A stretch of 64,000 bases of DNA, from contig NC_058373.1 in assembly GCF_018350175.1 (NCBI RefSeq), positions 106,890,001-106,954,000 on the forward strand, given 5' to 3'. Below are positions 26,025 to 37,979 of the stretch, piece after piece. Below the pieces are notes generated by a model. That model was not told the origin of the DNA. It saw only the letters and a program-made list of their open reading frames with translations, and did not search any database. Source of the DNA: Felis catus. Lineage: Eukaryota. Both the position numbers and the translations under genes were made by a program. Within the stretch, counting starts at the first letter, position 1; every line of letters begins with the position of its first letter.

Positions 26025-26205
26025 TTCACCTCTCAGATGGGCAAAAACTAAAAAATGATACGATCCTGTGTTGGTCAATGCATGAGAACATATGAACGTA
26101 TATGCTCTTGAATGTAGATTAATACAGCCATTATTTTTGTGGACAGTTGGCAATACCTATTTGCAATGTGCATGTACTTTGATCAATATATTTTATTTCA
26201 TGGCA
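26025..26205 (+). mobile_element. Ancient L1ME-like fragment
   Basis: gatgggcaaaaactaaaaaatga...tgtgttgg...aatacagcca...cagttggcaatac...aatgtgcatgtactttga. Confidence 0.45.
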
Positions 26206-27877
26206 AAAAAAAATCCTGTTATGTTATTAGCTGGTCATGTTATTAGCTGAACCCAACACTTACTTTCTACAGTGTAGTTATTTTTGGTTATGTCACATTT
26301 GCTGGCAATACCCATCATGTAAACATGTTTGCATCTTATATGGCTATGTATGGAGATATGCAGATTTACTGAGAATACTCAATTCCCCGTTATCTGGAGA
26401 CAAACTATAATGAGGATAGAAAAAGACAATGTACACTGAAAAAAATTAAATTACCTAGAAATTGACAAAAAGCACCTACCATTTGGCACTACAGGGAACA
26501 GGAGACCACATGCTAGATCTACCATGTCCAGAGAATGCCCCTCCCTGGCCATCCAGAAATACAACAGTCAGGCAGAGTTTGATTTCCCAACCCACAGACC
26601 ATCTGGAAAACAAGGCAGTGACCCATTGTCTAGGTATAGCAGCCTGCGTGGCCAGAGACCCCTTTCCAGTTAGCCATGTGAGACTATGGAATCGGGTGAG
26701 GAAGGGGAGGAAGAAAGCAGGTGCGGGCAATGGACAGTGCTTGGCCTTGTCCTGAATTTGAAAACAATGGGCTCAGCAAAGAGAAACCCTTTGGCTGTTT
26801 TTCATTTTGGTTTATGTTCCCAAATTCTTTTACAGCATTTATACATTTGGATGATGGCTGTAGAAGAGTACACATGTTCCTAAATATAGCACTTAATTTT
26901 AGTTAGACAAATAGAGCCTCAGGGTTACATCATTCAAGGATATAAGGGCTCTAGCCTCTTACATGTGGGCAGACATTGCTTGTTCACTTTCAGGATTCCA
27001 CCATATGTGTGACTCAACTTATTTCTTCTACTTTTGCTGCCACCAACTGATGAACTCCTTCCATAGGCCTTTAATCAAATTTCCCCAAGGGAGAGAATCT
27101 GATTGCCTGGCTAGTCAACATCCATTCTCAAGAGTCTCATTCGACGGTGCTCCCTCTCTGGACCAGCCATCTCACAGACCACACCCAGCCTGAGACAGGA
27201 GCCTGAAGCTCAGGTGCCACCCTCTGACGTAGGGCAGGAAAGTCACGTGGGATAAGGCAAGATCAATTGTGAGCATGGCAGGCATTCAGTCGATGACATC
27301 CAGTACATACATGGAGGATTTTCCTTCACATTTCCAACAGTACATGCAAGCCCCTGAGCTAATTCTCTGTAGGAGATGAAGATGTGGGAAAGACTGGATT
27401 CCGGTCTTTGAGAAACAGTGACAGATGCTGTTCACATTTATGAGACAAGCCAGTGAATGAACAGGGGAGTGGAAGAATGGCAGCATTCAGCTGATGCAGA
27501 ATGTTAGCCCCCTGAGTCAAGCATGTAGGTCAATTGCTTAACTCAGGGACGCTCCCTAATAACAACTCAGTAAGTGATAGTTGTTACTATGGAGACAGCA
27601 GATAAAGCCCCATCCTGGAGCCTCCCAGGCATGTGCTTGTGCCAGTTCTGCTAGACCAAGAAAGTCTGGGGTGCAGGCACAGCCAGTCTGTAGTGGTACA
27701 GCTGCTTTTGCAAATAGGAGAGAGCAGAACGGGGGCAGAGACCACATGGGCTGCCACTGTCATTCCAAAAAGCTCCTACCTGTTGTTTCAGGGCTGCCCT
27801 GAGGTGGGGAAGGGGCACCTGGATGGGGCTAATGGGAGGTGCTTACCTGGGACTTAAGTTCTGAGTGTACTCTGTTC

Positions 27878-28827
27878 TTTTTTAATTTAAATCCAAGTTA
27901 GTTAACATATAGTGTAATGATGATTTCAGGAATAGAATTTAGTGATTCATCACTTACATATAACACCCAGTGCTTAGCTCAACAAGTGCCATCCTTAATG
28001 CCTCTTGCCCATTTAGCTCATCCCCCCCCCCCACCCAACACCCCTCCAGCAATCCTGTTTGTTCTCTGTATTTAAGAGTCTCTTATGGTTTATCTCCCTG
28101 TTTCTTTTTATATTATTTTTGCTTTCCTTCCCTTATGTTCATCTCTTTTGTATCTTAAATTTCACATGAGTGAAGTCATATATTTTTCTCTGATTGATTT
28201 ATCTCGCTGAGCATAATACACTCTAGTTCCTTCCACACTGTTGCAAATGGCGAGATTTCATTCTTTTTGATTGCCAAATAATAGTCCATTGTGTATGTAT
28301 ATGCCACATCTTCTTTATCCATTCGTGAGTTGATGGACATTTGGGCTCTTTCCATACTTTGGCTATTGTTGATAGTGCTACCAAAAACATTGGGGTGAAA
28401 TGTGCCCCTTCAAAACTGCACTTCTGTATCCTTTGGATAAATACCTAGTAGTGCAATCACTGGGTCATAGGATAGCTCTATTTTTAATTTTTTGAGGAAC
28501 CTCCATACCATTTTCCAGAGCAACTGAACCAGTTTGCGTTCCCAACAGTGCAAAAGTGTTTCTCCTCCACATCCTTGCCAACATCTGTTGTTGCCTGAGT
28601 TGTTCATTTTAGCCATTCTGACAGGTATGAGGTGGTATCTCATTGTGGTTTGATTTGTATTTCCCTGATGATGAGTGATGTTGAGCATTTTTTTCATCTG
28701 TGTGTTAGCCATCTGGATGTCTGTTCTTGTCTTCTGCCCATTTCTTCACTGGGTTGTTTTTTGGGTGTTGATTTTGATAAGCTCTTTATAGATTTTGGAT
28801 ACTAACCCTTTCTCTGATATGTCATTT
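27878..28827 (-). mobile_element. 5'-truncated carnivore L1
   Basis: TSD TGAGTG(T/C)AC(T/C)CTGTTC (27862-27877, 28828-28843; 14/16 identical); ORF2 remnant [31 protein letters not shown]. Confidence 0.9.
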
Positions 28828-30439
28828 TGAGTGCACCCTGTTCCTGAGTCCCCACACCCTACCCCTGGCTTGTCAGCAGGTGAGCTGGCACCATCTTTTG
28901 TGGGCACAGCTCTGAAGTCTGTCTTGGAGTTTGTGTATTCAGATAGATTTTTGCTAGGTTTTTGGGGGCCCCTTCAACTTCCTCAAGGCCATGAGCTACA
29001 GTAGTCGACTGGAGGTTCCTCCTGAACAGGAAGTGACTGTTTCCCTGGGTGTCCACTGCCCCTACAGAGTCAGGCTTGTGGTTCCCCATTGGCAGGAAGA
29101 AGGCTCCCATGGGGGCTCCCACCCACCACTCCGCAAGCAGGGTGAGCTCTTGGTTTCAGATGTATGCTTCCCCCATATTCAAGGTCAGGGTGAGTTGAGC
29201 TGAATGAATAACAAGAAATATTTTATGCAGCACTGCAGACACTGCCTGTCAAGTCCATTTGGGTCTTAAATTCAAATTGGCCAATTAATCTTTTCACCAC
29301 AAAAAGTCAAGATCACCATGAGTATGACTTTCAAAAACTCACCTTTGAGATATCTTCAGGCAGGCTCTCAGCCTTTGGGAAGCACAGAAGCAAGCACTGT
29401 GGTCTCCTGCCCTGACGGGCAAGGGGAGGGGGGCTGGAGGCCATCCAAAGTGCCTGCCCCCATGGCCAGGGCAGTTTTTCAAGGTCTGTGAATATTGGTT
29501 GTATGCCTATGACTAAATTTGGCCTAATTTCTAACTTGTGAACCACGATTATTTGTTCTCTAAACGGAGGGTAGGCAGTGTTTTCACCTGTTGCCAGGGG
29601 TTAAGATGAAGTCTCACAGACAAGTTCAGGAAGGCGGTTGTGGGGAATTATCATCATGCTTCTCATCTGTGGGCAGGTGTCTGCTCCTTCCTCATGGCCT
29701 CTCCTTCCCAGGTGTCCCATATCATCACTCCACCTTATTCCTAACTCCTTGCTTTGCTAAATTCTTCCTCAGTCTCTCTCGGAGAAAGGAGCATGACTGG
29801 GGAACTGTCGTTCACACAAATTCCTCAGCAGCAATGTAGTCCACAGAAGAGCTGATGGGGAGGAGTGGCAAGGAAATCTGGTTACTAAGATAAGATTTTA
29901 AATCCTCCAGAACTGGCTCCTTAGAAACTGCACTGGTCTTGAAGAGACCGAAGAACCTACCAGGGACCCTTGGGATTTGGACCTCATTTTCCCACCCCTG
30001 AGAAACCCCAAAGCTGGGAGACACGCTGAACACACAGTTTAGAGTCCCCTGTATTTGAGTCACAATGTGTAATTTGTTCATCCGTCTGTCATCCAAGGTG
30101 AAAGTTATTTACTAATTACTCTCTTCTTATCTCTTAGCTCACTGGAGGGGACTTCCGAACCTCTCAGTCTGGAGCCATAGGTCTCCTGAGCCAAGTAAAG
30201 GCCTGAAGGGAGGAAGGAGTCTTTGTCAGTCTGCCTTCCTAAGGAAAGAGACTTGCACAGAGGCCAACAGAAGCAACAGATACACAAAACCAGCTGCAGA
30301 TGGAACATTCTTCTTCCAAAGATACCGAACATGACAGATTTGCAGGTGTATGCCCCAAAGTACATGGCTACTCTGTCTTATGACCACTTTGCACACGGCT
30401 GGGCAAAGCAAAGCAAAGCAAACCAGCACTGCCACACGG

Positions 30440-30670
30440 TTGACACTGTGTGTATTCTGTGTCAGGTAGTTGGTTGAGTGCTTTCCACACAGCATCTTCT
30501 TTAAATCCTTCAAACACCACCCTGACATAGGCATGATAATTGTCCTATTACTCAGATGAACAACTGAGGCTTAGAAAGGGTGCCCGACTTGTACAGGGGT
30601 GCACCACTACTAACTGGTTAAGCCCGGGTCTGAAACCAGGAAGCCTGCCTTCAAAACCTCCTAACTACTT
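30440..30670 (-). mobile_element. MIR
   Basis: tttaaatccttcaaacaccaccct...cagatgaacaactgaggcttagaaagg is the antisense MIR core. Confidence 0.75.
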
Positions 30671-31298
30671 TGTGGTCTTCCCTGGCAACCTATTCAGTGC
30701 ATAAACCAGTCTTTTGCTTCCTCGCTTCAATCTCAACTTGGCATTAGGGCAAATGCCCCACTTGGAGTTACTAAGCACCAACCCCAGGAGCTTCTCCTGC
30801 CACAAGCCGCTTCCTGTCCTGAGCACCGTCTCTGTTCTCCCAGAGCCCTGCAGTCAATTCCACAGTGTTGTCTAGAGCTGAAGAGAAGTGAGCTGCAGAC
30901 TCCTTTGTTCCCTGGATAAATTCCATTTCCTTTTCTATTGTCTAAGGGTTCTTTAGTGATGTAACATTACACCCAGCGTTTTCTGCCTTTAAAAAGAAAC
31001 TTCCATGGAAGTTGGCAAATTACCACTCACAGTTCTGTGAATGATAAAGTCACAGGAGATGAGTGTTAGCAGTGCACCTGGTGTCAATAATTACAGGCTT
31101 GGACACGGAGGAAAGAAGGGATAAGAGCAGACCAAATACAGCTGGGTGTGGAGACTGGTTCAGGAGGGGTTTTGACAGTACTGGGGGATGAGAAACCAGG
31201 CAGCTGAGGAAGTTACATCATCTCCCGCCCCAACCGTGCCCCACCACCTTCTTTTCTTACCTTGGGTTTCTTTCTTTCTTTCAACATTTTTTAACGCC

Positions 31299-31501
31299 GG
31301 GGCGCCTGGGTGGCTCAGTCGGTTGAGCGTCCGACTTGGGCTCAGGTCGTGATCTCGCGGTTTGTGAGTTCAAGCCCCACATCCGGCTTGCAGTTGCTGT
31401 CAGCCTATCAGCACAGAGCCTGCTTCGGATCCTCCGTCCCCCTCTCTCTCTGCCCCTCCCCTGCTCAAGCTGGCGCTCGCGCGCGCGCTCTCTCTCAAAA
31501 A

Positions 31502-31556
<55 letters not shown>

Positions 31557-31557
31557 A
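31299..31557 (+). mobile_element. SINEC with a long (TAAA)n tail
   Basis: GGGGCGCCTGGGTGGCTCAGTCGG head, B-box GTTCAAGCC, (TAAA)n tail ~31500-31557. Confidence 0.93.
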
Positions 31558-31577
31558 ATCTTAACGTTTATTTATTT

Positions 31578-31796
31578 AAAAAAAATTTTTTTTCAACGTT
31601 TATTTGTTTTTGGGACAGAGAGAGACAGAGCATGAACGGGGGAGGGGCAGAGAGAGAGGGAGGCACAGAATCTGAAACAGGCTCCAGGCTCTGAGCCGTC
31701 AGCACAGAGCCCAATGCGGGGCTCGAACTCACGGACCGCGAGATCGTGACCTGGCTGAAGTCGGACGCTTAACCGACTGCGCCACCCAGGCGCCCC
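31578..31796 (-). mobile_element. Young SINEC_Fc nested in the host SINE tail
   Basis: Exact 15-bp TSD AACGTTTATTTATTT (31563-31577, 31797-31811). Confidence 0.95.
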
Positions 31797-32314
31797 AACG
31801 TTTATTTATTTTTGAGAAACAGAGATAGAACACAAGTTGGGGAGGGGCAGAGAGATTGGGAGACACAGAATCCAAAGCAGGCTCCAGGCTCTGAGCTGTC
31901 AGCAGAGAGCCCGACGCAGGGCTGGAACCCACCAACCGTGAGATCATGACCTGAGCTGAAGTTGGATGCTTAACTGACTGAGCCACCCAGATGCCCCCTC
32001 ACCTTAGGTTTCTTTTGCCATCTCTGTTTTTCCCTCATCTCGGACCTCTTTGTCCATCAGCTCCAGATGGCCTGCGGGGATCAAAAGAAAAGTTCTTGAG
32101 GCATCCTCATGTCAAACGATCTGTGTTTTGCTTCTTCATTTGGGTTCTCTAATCTGTAATATGTGTGAGAACATTCCAGGAACACTCTAGGAATTTAATC
32201 CAGAGACAAAACTGAAGAGACTAGAAAACAGATGTCACAAGGTCCACTAGCTCTCAAACTGGATTTCTTCAGTTACTTCTTTTCATTTTTACCTGGAAAA
32301 TAATCTAATCTCTT

Positions 32315-32500
32315 AGACCTGTCCTGTAGCTATTTAAATTATAACATAAGTTAATAAAGATTAAATGCAAGTGAAAAAATCAGTCCAGTGGCACAGCCAT
32401 ACTTCAAGCACAATAGCCACATGCAGTCAGTGGATGCCATATTGAACAGTGAAGATATAGAACATTTCCACCCCAGCAGGAAGTTCTGTGGACAGTGCTG
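32315..32500. mobile_element. hAT-Charlie non-autonomous element (MER3/MER33-like)
   Basis: caatagccacatg...agtggatgccatattgaacagtg...atagaacatttcca...gaagttctgtggacagtgctg terminus. Confidence 0.7.
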
Positions 32501-33250
32501 TTTCAGACACCAATATTATTGTCCTAATGCTGATGACACTTCATTGGGGCAGAACTTCTGAAGGATAAGCTAAAAGATACTGCTAACAGTGAGACCACAC
32601 TATCTTCCAGGAAGCCTGCTCAGCACTTTTTGGGAACCACTTAGACAAGGGTCCCATATTTTATCTCTTTCTGTCCAAGGAGTAATTGGAGTTCTGAGGG
32701 TGAATCAGGGGCTCCAAGAGTTTATCCTGGTATTAGGAATGAGGCATCCAGGACATGTAACATCCCCTGCCCTTGATAGCATTTTGGATACTGGCTCAGT
32801 CTCTAATGCTGCTTTTGTCCTGCTGGGGTCTCCAACATGTATGGTCCAGCTCATTTGTTGGTGGCAGTCCCATGTCATAAGTGAGAGACTTCATCCAGGC
32901 TTTCAGCCCTTTGAGTCACCTCCAGTCCTTTTTAGGGGACATAGGAATCTTCTGGAAACTCCTACAGAACACTGTATTGAGGCTGCCCTTAGACCCTTCA
33001 CGGGGTCACCTGTAGGCAAAAGTTTCTCTACTCTCTACTTCCAAGTCAATCTGTGGTTTTTATTTCCCACTCTCTCTTTTAGACTTAGTTCAGGATGGTG
33101 GGCTCTGTGCCTATTCTTCAGAGCTCAGAAATCTCTAAGCTTTAGTCACCCATCCTTAAATTTCTCTCTCTTGCAGGTCAAACCCTTATCCCTTTTGGGG
33201 GAAGAAAACACCACCTCTTATTATATACTTCCTCCTTCCTATGATTTATG

Positions 33251-33456
33251 CAGAGGTCAGCAAACTTTCTGAAAAGGGCCAGATAGTAAGTATTTTAGGC
33301 TTTACATTCCATACAGTCTCTGTTGCAACCACCCAGCTCTGCTGTTCTAGGGCAAAAGTAGCTATAGACAATTCATAAAGAAATGGGTGTGACTATTTCC
33401 ATAAAACTTTATTTCCAAAAGCTTTACCCCTGAAGGCCATAGCTTGCTGACCCCTG
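33251..33456. mobile_element. MER58A-like hAT MITE
   Basis: TIRs CAGAGGTCAGCAA / TTGCTGACCCCTG; internal aagggccagatagtaagtattttaggcttt. Confidence 0.85.
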
Positions 33457-34196
33457 GTTTATAGAATAAAGTCTGGACTCTAGGTCCTTTTGTCTTTGGC
33501 CCTTAGTATTTGGAAACAAGATTTTAGAATTAAAAAGATAAAAATTATTCAAGAGCTTGGCTCTTACATTTGAAAATCTGGTATCTGCTATAATTTTTTT
33601 TTAAAAAATCTACCTTTGAACTAAAACAGCAAGAATTTTCTTCTGCTAGGATTTTAGTCCTATCTATATAGAAAGTCCCCAAGGATGTTTGAATGATAAG
33701 AGAGAGGATATGGGTAAGGGGTTAGAAAGTAGTTAAAATCATAATATTTCTCGGCTACATTACAAAATGGACTAGCAGTTCTTATCTGTGATGTAATGAT
33801 TATTTTATAAAATGTGCCTTACACGTTGCGAGGCACGTTCCATAAATGCACATCCCTTTCCATTTCTGCCATTATGATGTCATGTGAACACCAGCTGGGA
33901 GACCTGCTCTCCTAAAGTACCTGCACTCCTCAGCTTACTAAAGTGCATTCCTTCTTCCATTCTTAGAGAAACTGCAGATTTTCCCCAGAGGAGACATTTT
34001 GAAATTCTCAGCTTTTTCTTAAAACCACATGGCAGAAAGCCGATGGCCAGATCCTCTGGGAAGGAGCCATCAGCCTGCTGGTTATGAAATGGGAGAAAAC
34101 AGTGTCCCCTGCAGGAATGCACTGCTTGTCCACTTCAGAGGAGAGGACACTGAAAATGAAGTGCAGATTCTCTAAGATCACATTTCATACTTCCTC

Positions 34197-34650
34197 TGTA
34201 GGAGTCAGGGCTTTCTTGCCGACAACTGATAGAAATTTAACTAGGTTAGGCAAAAAGGGAATTTATTACTTTGTAGTATCTACTGTTGAACAACTACATT
34301 GTGGCTGGTCAGGAGGAGCTGAGCCTCAGGAACAACTGGGCCCAGGAGCCTGAGGGCCCTCCCTGCTTTCTCCGTAGCCTTTCTTACCTTCTAGGTTAGA
34401 CCAGTTGCCTCCTCTGGGTTACACCAGCGCCTCCTCTAGGTTAGACCAGCGCCTCCAGAAAGGCTGCTGCCAACTCCTAAACTTTGATCCCTCCACCGCT
34501 GCCCCTGGAAGGGTGAAGATTCCTTCTTTTACTTACAGTTTAAACAATCCCAGGGAAGGACTCCAATTGTCTCAACTGCCAATGCTGGTCCTAGCGGTTC
34601 CCCCTCTAGCCTTGTGCAGGCTTGGGGTGGGTCAGCATGCCCCCATCTTT
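34197..34650. mobile_element. Probable old MaLR LTR (MLT1-family) fragment
   Basis: gtcagggctttcttg...caactgatagaaatttaactaggttaggcaaaaagggaatttatt resembles old MLT1 termini. Confidence 0.5.
34390..34456 (+). repeat. Minisatellite, 3 x 22-23 bp
   Basis: TCTAGGTTAGACCAGTTGCCTCC / TCTGGGTTACACCAGCGCCTCC / TCTAGGTTAGACCAGCGCCTCC. Confidence 0.9.
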
Positions 34651-35444
34651 ATCCCAGCACACACCCAGGATTGCAATGCTTTGTTACGGCTGTCACGTAG
34701 AAGAGCTGTTACCATGTTGACTCAAAGCTGATAGAGTTTTTCTCTTTTCAGGCAAACTCTGCATTTTAGGCTGATATCTTAGAAGTCCTGACTCTCCTTA
34801 GGAAAGTGTTCCACAAGCTGTGGGCCACTGTTGTCTTGTGTCATTGGTCAGGCTTTGCGGTGGAGGCAGCCTGATAAGCATGTGACAAGCCTGCCCTTTT
34901 TGGCAATGCAAGTCAGCCCCTGTCACGCTCTGTTTCTTCTCGCGGTCATTGAGTCTGCCTAGCGCAGCCCCTCAGTGGCCAGCCTGGTGTTCCTTGGGGC
35001 TGAGGATCTAATGTCAGCAGGACACGATTCAATTCACACTGAAGATGGATATTAAGTCTTTTTACTCAGGGTCTTGTCAAGAAAAGCAAATCTGCCTGCT
35101 ATCAAAAGCACAGAAGATGCCCCTTCCCATAACAGCAGTTGTCTGTGTTCACTGATACTGAAGGGCCTGTCTGTCCCCAAGCCTCTGAGGCGGTTTTGTC
35201 AAGGTCAATACAGCTGATCTTTTTCAATGATAACCCAAAGAGGATTAAGCTAACATCTGACCTTTAAAGAGCCTTATCTTTGGGGAACCCGGCTAATTAA
35301 AAAATTAAAAGGCTGCTTTTTAAAAAATATTTAGACCACAGCCTAGGGAAAACATGAACACACTGCTTATAGCAGCAGAAATACCCATAGAAAACTCTAA
35401 ACAGCAAGCTAGATTTATCGTCACACGGATGAACTTAGTGTGGC

Positions 35445-35620
35445 AATTTTGGAGTCAAATGGAAGTGGGGCCCAACCTTGGTTCTGCTACTTTCTAGTTG
35501 TGTGGTCTTGGACAAGTCTCTCATCATTTCTAAGCTCTGTTATTTGTAAAATATGGATAATAATAGTAATCACCCCATAAGGTTGTTGAGAATCTAAATG
35601 AGATAGCACACTTAAAGCCC
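35445..35620 (+). mobile_element. MIR
   Basis: ctgctacttt...tgtgtggtcttggacaagt...tgtaaaatatggataataatagta...ggttgttgagaatctaaatgaga. Confidence 0.8.
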
Positions 35621-36199
35621 TGTCATCTAGGCTAGCCATTCCTTTCACTGTGGACACGTTTAAATTTGAAGTTTTTAAAACTGTGTTTAGTTAATTGCCC
35701 CATCATGTTGACAGCTGAATGGAGTCTCATGACAAAGTGGCCGGCTCTCCTTATGCCAAGAACTCAGAGGATCCTCTCGGTTCTGAGATGGACCAGATGT
35801 TCCCAACATAGATGTGGCAGCACCCGCCCCCAGCTGCCCCTAAACTTGACCAGATACCATTGTGATGACTCTGCTACTAAATAAAACCATTCTGAGGAAA
35901 GAGTAGCATGAGATTAGGGATGGCAATATTGTCCCCAAAATCCAGGAATATCTCTGTCCTTTAAATTCTGTAAATACTTCTCCATTCAAGGAGATACTGA
36001 TCATTGTTAAATATTTTCAACCAAAGCAGTGTTCCTGATGTTGCTTTTTTCTTTCCATTGGTTTAGGTGATGCCTGAAGGGATGTCTTTTTCTTGTTGAC
36101 AAATGTAATAAAGCCACAGGGAGTTTGGTATAGTCCTAAAATAAGATCCTGAACTCTTTCTGGGAGAGAGATTTGTCTACTATCAAAGGCCTCTAGCCC

Positions 36200-36503
36200 C
36201 TTGCCACTCAAACCTGGGGTACAGACCGGAGCTTTGACATCACCTGAGCACTTGTTAGAGCCGCAGAAGTCCCACCCCAGACCTGCTCCATCAGAATCTG
36301 CATTTTAACAAAATCCCCAGGTGGTGCTGATGTGTGCTACTGTTGGAGAAGCACTGCTCTCTTCTCGTTTTTAGCTGCAAATCAGAAACACCTAGAGAAC
36401 TTTAGAAACTACTGAAGCCTCCTTACCATCCACTTAATTGGCACTGGGAGTTTTAAAACCTCCCCAGGTGATTGCGATGTGCGACCAAGGGGGAGAACTG
36501 GTG
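36200..36503. mobile_element. Adjacent MER5A- and MER5B-like hAT elements
   Basis: catcacctgagcacttgttaga...cccagacct...atcagaatctgcattttaacaaaatccccaggtg...gagaagcactg, then ttttaaaacctccccaggtgatt. Confidence 0.75.
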
Positions 36504-37167
36504 TGCCAGAGACATTCCTACCTCTTCCTCTACTTATTCCTACAATATTAATTTCTCTAAAAGTGAAAAGCTTTCAAGCTGCAGTGACAGTTCATTTCAT
36601 GTTGTTTATGTCAATGAATGGATGGATGTCTACTTTCTAGAAATGCTGTGCAACTTGAAGATTCACTTTGAATTTTAAAAATAATCTTTAGGAATTTCTT
36701 CTGAACCCTTTGCCAAGGTCTCCACGTCCTTCTTTTATTGTAAAGTCCAGAATGAGACACACTCTTCCAGTATAACCCTAAACAGCACTGAGCATCAGCA
36801 TAAAGGACTTTTTGTGTCCCTCTGAATGAAAGGTACCGTTATAACTAAAGTCAGACCATTTGGATGGGGAGGGGGCAGTTTTAATGGCCAAGCAAAAGAT
36901 TTTCTGATGCCTACATTCAGTCTGGAAGTGAATAAGCCAGTTATGCAAGGAGAAAACCCACCTTCTCAGTTTTAAGCTTTCCTAATGGAGCAATAAATGT
37001 GTTGTGATTTAACCAAAAAAAAATTCATAAGCTTTACTGCATTTGTAATTCATGGATGCCCAAAGAGATAAACCCACTTGCGCCAAACTTTAAGACAGTT
37101 CTACTGATTCAAATATTCGGCTGATGTCATGAGCATAAAAGTCACCTGAACCTTAGACTTTTGTGAC

Positions 37168-37465
37168 AGTGACCTCCAAACCTAACCACTCTATAAGAAT
37201 CATCTGGGCTGCTTACTAAACGCATCTAGACGTTTGGGCAAATATTTGTGGTTTTAAAAAAACTAAATCATTTCTTCTCAAACTTTAATATGAGGTCTTG
37301 TTAAAAAGTTAGATTCTCAGGACCTGCCTCCACAGGTCTGAGGTAGGGCCTGAGATTTTGCATTCTAATCATCTTGAAAGGGATGGGGTGCTGCTGCTTC
37401 ATGGACCACACTCTGAGTGGCAATGCCCTAAAACATTCTAATAATCAGCCAGTTGGAGAACCAGA
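37168..37465. mobile_element. MER5-family elements, apparently nested
   Basis: cagtgacctccaaac...agaatcatctggg; inner cttgttaaaa...gattctcagg...ggtctgaggtagggcctgaga...ggaccacactctgagt. Confidence 0.6.
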
Positions 37466-37979
37466 ACCTTAGGCATTTCAAACATTGCCTGAAATATGAA
37501 AGAGCTCATCTCCACTTCAGTGTTTTCCAGCCGCCTAGGGTGTATCACTGAGAGTTGGATATAGGCTGATATAAAATGTCAATGGGCAAATTCAGTTTCA
37601 AGTGGTGTTAGGAACCTGGTTGGGAATGTTTAATTACATCCATGCCTTGCCAATACCAGAAGAAAGTGAATTCCTTTCTTGCTTTAGTGATCTATTCTTT
37701 AGAGTTCACCAGCCAACACAAAGGCAAGAGGAACCGTTACTTGAAATTCATATTATTTTAGCTGATGTATCTGGAGCACGGTGATAAATTAATCATGACG
37801 TCTGGTCTGATTCACAATCATACTCTAGTCCAATTTACACTTCGCATTTGCAGACTTGAAATGCGATGCATTAAAATGGTGCACACATCACAGATTTTTC
37901 TCTTCAGTGAACTCGTGGAGGGAGGTGCTCTCTCCGCCTTTGCAGTGAAGCACCTGCCCCTAGGCCTAGGCTGACAGTG

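Larger units (their letters stand above)
31274..31997 (-). mobile_element. Host SINEC carrying two further SINEs in its tail
   Basis: Body at 31812-31997; TSD CT(T/C)ACCTT(G/A)GGTTTCTTT at 31256-31273 and 31998-32015 (16/18) brackets the whole cluster. Confidence 0.85.

Noticed and set aside
26221..26249. Short direct duplications (ATGTTATTAGCTG x2; similar at ~38797-38838 and ~51521-51544)
   Set aside because: Ordinary slippage-type microduplications with no functional context
19644..28712. ORFs with L1 ORF2-like peptides as functional genes
   Set aside because: Fragmented, frameshifted, 5'-truncated L1 relics
31299..31380. tRNA-like A/B boxes in SINE heads
   Set aside because: tRNA-derived SINE promoters, not tRNA genes; they are followed by SINE body, CT tract and A tail
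32589..33272. Longest ORF in the track (227 aa)
   Set aside because: Starts at GTG, has no recognisable domain, shows Leu/Ser/Phe-rich random composition and ends inside a MER58 element
34390..34456. CRISPR-like or other prokaryotic repeat array
   Set aside because: Units are contiguous with no spacers, and the DNA is mammalian
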